Assembly (NCBI GenBank): GCA_964035545.1
Contig: OZ037769.1
Span: 5,995,929-6,059,928, forward strand
DNA: 64,000 nt
Source of the DNA: Bugula neritina
Taxonomy: Eukaryota; Animalia; Bryozoa
Reading direction: 5' to 3'
Shown here: piece by piece, positions 42,201-54,200 of the stretch
How positions within the stretch are numbered: position 1 is the stretch's first letter
How the letters are laid out: every line of letters starts with the position of its first letter
Position numbers and translations under genes: made by a program
Notes under the pieces: generated by a model
Told to the model about the DNA's origin: nothing
The model's database searches: none
The model's input: only the letters and a program-made list of their open reading frames with translations

Positions 42201-45200
42201 ATGCTCTTCCTAGCATCACCAATGGCCTTTACCAGAGATAGAACCCATGACTTCGTGTTTACTAACTCCTTAAAAATACAAGCTGCCGAGCTGAAACTGC
42301 AGGTGGCAGCCAGTGGCAGTAGACCAGCTGACTAGTAGCTCAATATTAGGTAGTTTATGACGGCCACCCTTATAATAATATACGAGTAATATTAATAAAC
42401 ATCTTTGGGTGGCAGTGCTAAAAGAATAAAAACTTAAAGAACTATTGAGTAATAAATATAATCATAAAGTACGACAGCTGCTATCTATAAAGTAGGCTTA
42501 TATATACATCTACATTATATATACGTTATACAATATATATGTGCATGTGTGTAGCATCGTAGTAGCTTTAGTATCATAGTTGCCTGCAGTTGTAACACAA
42601 GGCATTTGCATTTCTAAGAATTTAAGTGGATGTGATAGGCCAACACTAATGATAGTGGAAGTGTTTCGCAATAGTGGAAAATCCAAATAGATTTTTCCAC
42701 AATTGCATTAATTTTCCCAAATGATAAGTAGCACATTTTATGGGCTACAAATTTTGGAACTCGGAGTAGGTTTTCCAACATGGAGGTATATAAGGAGTGG
42801 ATCAGCAATAACACATCATTGCCCTTACTACTACCTGACAGAAAGCTAAAAGGAAGCTGATAAGAGAGCGTAGAGAAAGTGAGTAAGCCTACATTATAAC
42901 ACCGGGCTACTAAAATTGCTCTACTTAACATAACTGTGAATAAATAATTAATAATACTATAATTATTAAATTTTATTTTCTAAGAATTAATTTAGCAACA
43001 TTTATTAGAAAAGAATTGATAGAATGCCTATAGAAAGATGTTTACAGTTTTATATTAATAAATTATAAATATTATTCATGATACTATAAAATGTTTTAGC
43101 GATGCTTTTACTAGTGAAAAAAACAATCAGTTTTAAAGCATTTGGCTTACAGTAATGTGCTTTAATTTTTTTAATTATACAAAATATAAACTTTAACTAA
43201 AATTTACTATATGCTAAAAGCTTAATTAAATGGAAAAATAAATGCTATCTTTTCGTACACATCTGCTTATATTTATAAATTATTTAAAATATTTTAATAT
43301 ATTCATTATTTGAATTATTTATAGTGATACAATATTTATATGTAGTAATGCCACTAAAATCACCTGATAGTAACCTAGTATGAAGCAATTTTCACTACTT
43401 TGACTATCATAATAAGCTTATTCAAATACTAAAAGACCAAACTATGATGCTAATGAAATGTTCCACGTTACAGAAATGATCAAGGTTTAAATTTATTGAA
43501 ATAAACTTACTCTCAATATGTTATAGAAATGGCCGGTGCTAACAGGGGTATTGCATTTAACGATTACGAGGATCACCCAGATTTTCTCGGACCTTCCAAG
43601 ATGAAAAAATCTAAGAAAATTGAAGGGCCTCACTTTGATAGTGGTTGCTATTATAAGCCAGAGTAAATATATTATATTGAATTTATTATTCTGATTCTGC
43701 ATAAATATATGTTTTTTATAAAGTGCGCAAAATGAGAAATAGGTCAAGTCAGCTGGCCTGATAATGTTCCATACACTGACTAATATAAGCAGTATTCTAC
43801 CATCTACAGCCTCATATTACCAGGTAGTCCAGCGCATCTGATGAAACCTGAGCTAAGCTTCTAAATATAGTAATACACACATACTGCAGAATATGCTGGC
43901 AATTTTCTAATCAACTATTTGCATATTTTTTGGCAAAAATTAGAGTTGTTTCCAGCCAAATGCGCACATAAGTTTAACTCGCATATCTATATGTTTAGTC
44001 AAGTCTTGGTAAAGTATGGGCAGTAAAATCATAGTATTGTCAGCTAAATACATTGTAATTTTTTCTGAGGTAATACATATATACATATTAAGTTCTCAAT
44101 GATTGCCGATGCCCTTAAGACTGTATGTTAGTGAGGAAAACAGCACCGTTTTAAGAAAACTTTAAAATGTTTATCCACCTTGTAAAGTATACTAGCATCA
44201 TTCAAAAATCACTGAAAAATCTATCAAGCCATAAATGTCCTGTTGTTAGTTTTACCGCCCTTAATAAGTTTTTCAGATAAAACTTAGAATTGCTTGACAG
44301 GTTTAAGACACAACCACACTGAGTAAGTGATAGACCTTCTGCTGAATCAACTCAATGTGAAAGTAACCAAAATAACAGATTTCTATCTGAGAGTGCTAAG
44401 ATCTGGTTTAACCAGTCTCTATATGAAAGCAGTGCGCTTGAAAAATTAGAGAAATAAAAACACTTTATACAAAAAATCATGATACAACTTTTCTAAATAA
44501 TTAGTATTGTTTAGAAATAGAAAAGGCCATGAACATTATAATGTTCTCTCATAACTTTCTATTTCAGGCATTATGCTAATGGCGAGTTCTACTTGGTGAG
44601 GAGATGTCTGTGTAAGAAATTTAATGAAGAAGAAGAACGCCACTTCAACGACAATTGCCATTACAAACGCTACAAAGATGTCTACAGCACAGAAATTTAT
44701 CTAATGCTGAAATGTTACTGTAAAGAGTCGGAGAGTCAGCTAGCGTGACAAATCTTATGGTATTCAGATGAAGTGTTACATTATAATAAATATATATTAA
44801 ACTTCATTTCCACTAAATATTTATGTAAAATAGTTTTACAACCGTACCAATATATTTATGTAATAAAAAATATAGATGAAACCTGATTAAAATCTCTTCA
44901 GCTAAGTTATAAGTTGCTAGCTCCTGCACGCTGATGTATTTAAAGCATTCTGTCGATTTTAGAATGCTGTTAAAACAAAGCCATTTCAACTACACAGTCA
45001 CAGCAGACACAACTTTTCTCTTTTTTGATACAAACAGTTGACTACTAGAGGTTATACAAGGCACAAATGATACTTATTATAATATCATCATAGTTTTTAT
45101 AACTAAGAAATAGTCGTACCTCCTGATTCATAATCCGACTCGTCTCCATCTTTCTTAATAATTTTCTTGACTCTTTTGCCTCCCCAGCTAAAACAAGTGC

Positions 45201-48200
45201 AAACTCTGTGTCAGCATGTTTTAAGGGTTATAAAAGGCCTGGCAGCTATAATAGGGAAAGCTTGCATATTCCAATACATCAGTAGTCAGCAGGGAATAAT
45301 ATCTCACATGAAATAGCTCTGCAGTGTATGAATCTTTTTGCATGAAAAAACTTTGATAGTTAATAATTGAGACAAAATATTTAAATAAAATTGATGTAAA
45401 ACCACAAGTTGGCAAAATGCCATTTCATTAAAACAGATAAGATAATACAAGTATTTTAATTCTTATACATTTGTGGCAGTTGTATCACAAGGGGCAATGT
45501 TTACAGTACAGTGTGCTATCACTAACTAAGTGTGGCCAACAATGCTATGATACTTCCATTATCTATTTCTACATTGTTAGAAAATCTCTGACACACCTTA
45601 TCTAAGTGGTATTAAGATACATATATATCTTAGCTATCCTCTAACGACTGCAAGAGGGTGGTATTCGGAAAAAACTTTGTTTTATAATATATTTTGTGCT
45701 CATGCTGATGACAATTCAACTTGAAACTTGCAATCCAGCTCAGCAATTTAACTCTGTGTTGCAGTAGATAAGAATAACACGTCATAAAAATCAGAAATAA
45801 TTACTGTTAGTTTTACAATACAACAGATCAGAAATCCCAAATCGATTCAAAACATGTTTGCACAAAATTGATTATAACACAACATTGGTTGAGCACACAA
45901 CCCTCAAAAAGGCTGTAGATGATAGCTAAGATATATATGAATATTTAAATAATGCATAAATAAAGTGTAATTGAAACACAACTTTTAAAAATATAAAATG
46001 CCACGTTCTTTCAAAACAAACCCTAGTTGCTATAGACACTCACTCATCATGGCCTGGGCCCAGACTCCTGTTGTCAGCCTTGCCCTTCTTGGTTAGCCCT
46101 CGTTCTGAGCCCTTGTCATAAGTTACCATGCTCTTGTACTTCTGTTTGAAGCCCTCAGGGTCCGCCTCGTACTCGTCCGAGTCCCATTCCATGCCCTCAG
46201 CTAAGGCGCGTTCTTTTCTCAACTGCTTCTTATTTCTACAAAACACAATGGAAAAATGTTAGTCCACAAATATACATAAAAATTAACTCCAGATTATGAA
46301 TAAATGTTGAATTTGTGCAGTCAGAAAGCATTTTTAAACTGCAGCCTCTTTTTGGATCTAGTTGCTTCTGTATTGCAAATTACAAGGACGGAAATATTCT
46401 CACTTCTCATGTTTTGCCATGATCTCATCAAACTTGTCGCCATATTTCTCACGTCTGCGCTGTTCTCGAGCTGCCTTTCTCTGAGCCTTCTTAGCCAAAT
46501 ATTCTTCTCTCTCCTGCTCTGTCATGTTTTCTAAATCTGGTTCATCTTCAGTGTCTGTTGAGTTATCGCTATAGCAACGAATTAACAAGATGTCAACATA
46601 GCAACACATAAACAAGTTATCACTACAGCAACACATAAGCAAGTTATTGCTATAACAACACATAGACAAGTCATCTCAATGTAATAAACTGAAATTTGTC
46701 GCAATAGTGACTATTCAAAGCGATTTCTTTAGGAGCACACTAAATGCTATTAGAGTTCAAAAAAATTACCTGATACAATCAGTTGGAAGTAAAAAGTCTA
46801 ATTTCCAATCCAAAGACTAACTAAATGTTGTTAACATCACTGTTACTGCCAGTTTGACCAGTTAGAAAGGCTATTACATATTGTTTATACAGTGGATATC
46901 TGCATTATATGTTCAATTCACCTGAATCCACCTTTGAAGTGGTCTCTTGTTTTACCAAGCTTCTTTCTTTCCTTTCCATCTTTACCCTTTCTTCTCCCCA
47001 ATGCACCAGCTTTTGAAGGCTTGGCCCTGACAACTCTGTTACCATTTGAGTCAATGAAACTCTCCATGGAGTCAGAATCTTCTGCAATCACAGTTGAAAT
47101 TGCAGATCTATCTCAAATTGTGGAATAAATAATAAATTTTAAATGTACAGTTATGCAATCAACAGCTTTTAAAAGGAATGAGCAGTGCTTTTTTCGCTGC
47201 TACAACATATAGCTTCGTACTACATTAGCATGTGACATAGAGGAACTGTTCGGACCTGAATGATACATTTCAACAGCACCATGTCCAATCACCTTCCCGT
47301 CAGCGTCTCGAATTCTCTTCTTTCGAACTCTACGCCGAGTGCCTCCTGCGCTGACATCACTGTGATAACTAAATGATATCATAATACAGTGTAATGACAT
47401 CATAACACAGTGTTTGACGTCATAATACAGTGTATAACATCATAATGCAGTGTAATGACATCATAACACAGTGTAATGGCATCATAACACAGTGTATGAC
47501 GTCATAATACAGTGTGATAGCATCATAATACAGTGTAATGACATCATAATACAGTGTATGACGTCATAATATAGTGTGATGGCATCATAATACAGCGTAA
47601 TCATGTATAATATTTTGTAATGACATAATATGGGGTAATGACATAATAATACAGTGTGATGACATCATAATATAGCAGCTATAATACCACAACTACCAAT
47701 AAAAAAAACTCATGTAAGTTTATAGTTCCTATCCCTGTGAGAAAACCCCTGATGAAAAGATTTTTTGTTAAATCGAGCTAAGGACTTATTCCTCTATGTG
47801 GCAAAGAAGCAATTATGACTGAATGCTTTTCCAAACATCACCGATGGTCTCTGCTGGGTTTTGAACCCATAACTTCAGGTTTACTAAGCCAAACACTTAA
47901 CCCCTAGACCACGGCTACTCCCTACTAACTACCAATAACATATAATCTAATGCCATAATCACACTACAGTAACTACCAATAAGATACAGTGTACTATCAT
48001 GAGTCATGACATTTTAATACCAATATATAAATTCTAAAAGTTACCTATACTCGCTGTCGCTGCCGTGCACCTTTTTGCCCTTTTTAGCTCTTTCCTTAGC
48101 TTTGTGTTTCTTGTCGGCCTTTCTCATAATCAGACTATCATCACTATGATATTCCTCATCAGCACCATACGTACCGTCAGCATTTCGTTTCTTCCTTCTA

Positions 48201-51200
48201 ACTCGTCGCGTTCCTCCAGCACTCACCACGCTGTAGCACCAATACTTTCTTGTTAGTAAAACTAGTCGAGTTTACACACTAGGCAGTAGTGACTTAAATT
48301 CACTCAATTGAAAATGAAAGAATTTTATTATAAACATGTTGAATACAGATAGACTGGCCGCCTAAACTCTGTCCAAGTTTAGAAAATATGATTGTCACCC
48401 GAGTGCAATGGCGCCATAAATTAAATTTGCTACTTGCGAACAGCTTTCATTAGAAGAGTGTTCTTTCACATGTAACATACATAAAAAATATAAAAAAACC
48501 ATTTGAAGTTGATTTGAACATCACCACTATAAAATACTGAGTAATATTGTGAATTTTTAATTACATGTCAGTGCAACATTTAATTTATTTATAAAATATA
48601 GTCCCAGCCTTCAAATAAAAAAGTGATTTTGTCGCCAAACTAACCAATTTCATTAAAATGCATTGGATAGCTGCAGATTTTGAAAACATAAAAATATACC
48701 CCATTATTATTCTCTTTTAGTTTATAATTCAATTTTGAAGTGACATGTATAACCCAAGGAGTTGGAGTTTTATTTTCCACATGACTCATAGCCAATAATA
48801 CATACTTCCTCTCAATACACAATAACAGACCTGGAGATCTGATACAGTATACCTACTAACCTGTAGTAACTATGAGCACCTACTAACCGGTAGTAACTAT
48901 GAGCACCTACTAACCTGTAGTAACTATGAGCACTGTCAGCACCGTGTTTCCTCTCTCTACGACGCTGACGCCGTCTAGCTTTGCCCTCCTCGTCTTCATC
49001 TTCATTGTACTCTTTTTCTGCAGAGTAGGTTCCGTCGCCTCTTTTCCGCTTACGCAACACTTTCTTAGTTCCTCCGGCACTGTAGACGCTACGGTAGCTG
49101 TTAACAGAATAGAAAGTAGACTCAGAGTATATACAGGTTCACAGGCTATTTGTAAACATCTAGGAGCAGTAATGGAGAAATTGAGATAGCCTAAGTTCTT
49201 TAATTTTTTTTATAAATTTTAGTTTGGGGCGCAGGGTGCAATTCTTGCAAAAGCATAACTTCTTTTGTTACATTTCTAATTTAGAACACAGGCTTTTCTC
49301 AATTTCTCCATTACTGCACCTACCTCTTCATAAAGTAACCAGATGTTTGAGCAGCGAAACATAATCTCACCAGCTTAAAAATATGATTATACGGTACACA
49401 CATGTTACATGCGTAAGCTAATTCTAAAAACAACTAACACATACGATATGTATACATAAAGAAAATTACAACTTAAATAACAGTACAAAAAACATATGAA
49501 ACTCTTAAAGATGAACACAATGGCATTCAAAATATTAGTTTGCTTTGCTTTAGTATAAGTAAAGTAACATGAAAATTAATTTTTTTCTAGTTTATCTTTT
49601 TTAATGAAGTTACTAACTAGCTCTTAACGATATATTCAAAATATATTATTAGTGTATTTTAATATAATATTAAGACATTTTCATATAAAAGTAAGAAAGC
49701 CAACATTTAATATGTGGCTAGAATCATATGAGCTAGTTTAAGTTTATCTGCAGTATTTTAGTTAATTATTATTGCATCATGTTGATTTCATTGCAGAAAA
49801 AATCTGTTGATAAACACAATTTGCAGAATGACACCTGATCAGCACACATCAGCACACACTAACAACCATACCTATACTCAGAGTCCGAGCCTGCGTTACG
49901 TAGGCCCGCCTTCATAGCTTTATATTTCTTTACTTCATTTTTGCTAGGCAGAATATTGCCGTGTTCATCTACAAGCACGTCGCTGTCACTACCATCTCCG
50001 GCAGCACCTCCCTTCTTACCTTTGCCTGTTTATATTACAATAACACTTTGTTAGCTCTTTACCTGTTCATATTATAATAACACCCTGCTAGCTCTTTCCA
50101 AGAAGTCTAACTAACTACTAAAGAAGAATTTACAACAACGAAATCATACAGGTATTTTTATTAGCCAGCATACTGTAGTTTAGCATAGCATTGCATAGTA
50201 TAGCATAGAACAGTATAGTACAGTATATTATAGTATAGCATAGCATTGCATAGTATAGCATAGAACAGTGTATTACAGTATATTATAATATAGCACAGCA
50301 TTAATATAGAAAAGCATAGTGTAATATAGTATAGCATAGCATAGTATAGCATAGTATATATAGTATAGTAAGGAAAGCTGAAACACTGCTATTCAGATAG
50401 TTTTGAATTGAAGGCCTAGAGTAAAGCACACAAAATATGTGCAGTAAACCCAATATTATTCTATTGTCGAAACTCCTGAGTAAAAGCTTAACTGTTAGTA
50501 TAGCCTGAGGATTTTAAAACTGGAGTTGTGAAAAAATATTCTCGCTGATATCACCAACTGCCTTCAAGACTTAATAGAAGTGATTTCAGGCCCAGTGCGT
50601 GCTAAGCAATCCGCTCTTTACATTTAATATATAAAAGATATTACAACATCCATATTTGTAGGGCAGAAATTACGCAATAACAAATAGAAAGACAACTCCT
50701 ATTTGCAACAAATGGGGAAAATAGAGGTCAAGGTTACCCTAGCCCAGATTCTAAAACAGCTAATTACAGTATGCAGCACCTTTCTTCTTTCTATTCTTCC
50801 CTCCGGCTGCTCTGTTATTGTCACTACCATAATACTCTCCACCATCACCTCCAGCCAACAGGTCCTCCAAATCCTCAAAATCCGACGCTTTTCCAAGTTT
50901 TCTGAATGCAAACACCAAAAATGATATTTCTGATCAATTTTCACACAATTTAATTAATAAATAACGTTGGCTTTGGTGAATCTTGAAGAATACCATCCGC
51001 ATTTCAGTAACTAAACAAGAGCCCAAGTTTGATAATATATAATATATTAGATATAATAGGTCATTTTACAATCCACCCCAACTACAATTATTATTTTGGT
51101 ATTCACAAGGTAATACAATTTTGATTTAGTATAAGCAGTGGAACAAAAAAAGGTAAGACAATTTCCCAGAATAAAGCTCATACTTTTTGTATTTCTTGCC

Positions 51201-54200
51201 AGTCTTCTCATCTATAACCACTTCATATACCACACCATCATCTCCCACCAGTCTTTTGCCTGGCAAACAGAATGTGCAAAAAAAGTATACAATTTGTCAA
51301 GATAGTCAAAAGCTGATCACTAAATCAAAGAGAATGCAAACAAAGTATTCCACAGAGCCATAAGCTGCTGAGAAACGGCATCTCAAACAGGAAGTAGAGT
51401 CACTGACCCACGGCTGTGTTCTGAATAATCTCGTCAGCATCCGAATCTTCGTCGGCATACACGGTGCTGGCCTTCTCCCAGCTCTCTAGCACCTCCCCCT
51501 TCTCCAGCTTTATGAACTTCCTGAGAGCCTCTTTGTCACCACCGGCTTTCTCGAACTCTGCGTACTCTTCCTCCGTCATCATAATCGTCTTCTCCACCTT
51601 TGATAATAAACAATCAGTTACAAACCTCATTAAACCTCACTTTATTTATTATACCACAAATGATAGTTAAATATTAGTCACAACGATATCTGTCAGAAAC
51701 TTATTAATAGATACTCTATTTTGTCATCAATAAGAGATTGAGTTGTTTTTTTTTTTTAATTAATACTGCTAAAAAAATTGAGTAAATTTATTAGTAAATT
51801 ATATTATATTCATTGTCAAAAGGAATAACTATTTACCTAATATGCTTTTAAACTTTCAAACGTCTAAATATGGTTTTTAAACATAAAAATGCTGAATAAA
51901 ACTTCAACACAATACCATTGTGTTCCCAAGAGGTACTGTGAGACCCAATGGTAACATCAACTCACCATCCTTCCACTTTTAGTCCTAATCATTGTTTTCA
52001 ACACCTTCATGGGTTTGGGGGGAGGTGGCTTTTCCCCTGGTTTATGAGTCTTTTTTACTTTCTGCCAACTCTCAACCTTTTCATCTCTGCCCATGTACTT
52101 CTGAAGTATCTATAACAGATGTAATAGCACATAGTGTCAGAATAGCATTATAATAGTTCATGAAATTGTCTCTACAGTACAAGCACAAATAAGCGCACTT
52201 GCCAAAGCAAGCCCATTCCAGAAAATAGCTTATTAACATGGCAAACACTGGCAACACAGCTCATTCTATTACAGTACTCTTTCCGTATCTCACTCTAATA
52301 AACAATACAATGTAATATATGCATCACGAATAAAACTTAATGTGTCTAAGCGTAAATAGATAAATTATACCAAAGTTGTTATATTTATACTAAACCTTAA
52401 AGACAGAAGTATATACATACTGTGGTTGGGTCTCCCCCAGCCTGAGTGATTCTCTGAAGTTCTTCATATTCCTCTTTACTCACTAGAATTGTCTTCTCTA
52501 TCATTCTACCACTTTTAGTCCTCACCATGGTCTTTATCTACAGTAGAATAGAGAATACGTCTGTGACACTTTTACTATATAGATAGCTGAGCTGTGACAC
52601 TTTTACTATATAGGGAGTTGAGCTGTGACACTTTTACTATATAGATAGTTGAACTGTGACACTTTTACTATATAGATAGCTGAGCTGTGACACTTTTACT
52701 ATATAGGGAGTTGAGCTGTGACACTTTTACTATATAGATAGTTGAACTGTGACACTTTTACTATATAGATAGCTGAGCTGTGACACTTTTACTATATAGA
52801 TAGCTGAGCTGTGACACTTTTACTATATAGGGAGTTGAGCTGTGACACTTTTACTATATAGATAGTTGAACTGTGACACTTTTACTATATAGATAGCTGA
52901 ACTGTGACACTTTTACTATATAGATAGTTGAACTGTGACACTTTTACTATATAGGGAGTTGAACTGTGACGCTTTTACTATACGGGGAGTTGAATTGTGA
53001 CTTCTGTATGCCACACAAAAAATGTCACTTTTATGGCATCTGATATAATATCAGATACCTAGGCACAAACCAATATCCATGAATTAGCTCACAGATATAT
53101 AACACCGCAGCAGCAATAACTGCTACAGATTTTACTTTCAGCATAATATATCTACACCTGCAAAAACCTAGGTAAATTGATCTCATTTGTAAGTAAAACT
53201 AAATATATTGAAAATAAACTTATCTATTAAGGAGTAATATCATCTCGAAGAACCATAAAATTATATTGTACATATCTAGAATTGAAAAGAAAAATAATCT
53301 TGAGTCCAGAGAAAACACACATATTTCTCTGCTGATGTGTTTTCATAACTATAGGAATTGTTTTAATGTATCATCAAAACATCTTAAAATAGTTAAAGTA
53401 AGGATTACTCTCAAAAATGGTAACAGTAAGGGCGTTGGTCAAATGTTCCAACCACAATACCTGTCTGACTTCTGCCTCTCCCCAACCATCAATCTTCTCA
53501 CCATCTTCAGGCTTTACATACTTGTTCAGTACTTTCATCACTTCCTCTGTATTCATGTTGCCAGCTTTAATCTTGTCGTAATCACTCTTACTTACATACA
53601 CCATCTTTTCCTTTAGCCTGCCACTCTTAGTACGTACATACGTCTTTATCATCTTCACCTACACACATGTACCACGGGTTACATCAAGTGATGGCACTGG
53701 TAAATAGGTTGTGAAGCTAGGAAACTTAATTGCTAATGCAGTAAGTATTTAAGGTCAAAATAACATATACAAATGCAAATACAATGCATTATATAAGCAA
53801 GAATTTTTATTCATTTCATCAGCTTAAATAGAAACAACCTTAGCACCTGTAAAATATTTAAATAAAACTCAGATTTCCATGTTTCAATTAGCAGAAAATT
53901 TAAAAATTTACCATTTTACAAAAAACTTCGATGATGAATTTTGGCTGTAAGCTTATAATAGGTCAAAATAGCATATTTTAAAATAAATTAGTCCCTTAAG
54001 AGTGTTGTGATTCAGTAATAAGAGTTACCTCCTCTTTGTCCCAAGACTCGAGGTTTCCAGCCTCTTCCTTGGTGAGATATTTTTTGAGAATATCGGAAGC
54101 CTTGCCACCTCCTTTAGTAAACTTCTCATAATCCTCAGCTGATAGGAACACAACTCTTTCAATTATTTTGCCACTTTTAGTTCGGATGTATGTTTTCACT

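Noticed and set aside
43474-43484. Micro-exon with an upstream ATG for the nested gene
   Set aside because: It would need a 42-nt intron and its ATG is out of frame with the 43529 ORF.
47850-47922. Functional tRNA-Thr gene
   Set aside because: The acceptor and anticodon stems do not pair properly, and the sequence continues into a shared SINE body found in other copies.
52561-53001. CRISPR-like array of regular ~31-bp units
   Set aside because: There are no unique spacers (the variable part has only about three recurring variants), no cas genes, and it lies in a eukaryotic intron. It is a minisatellite.
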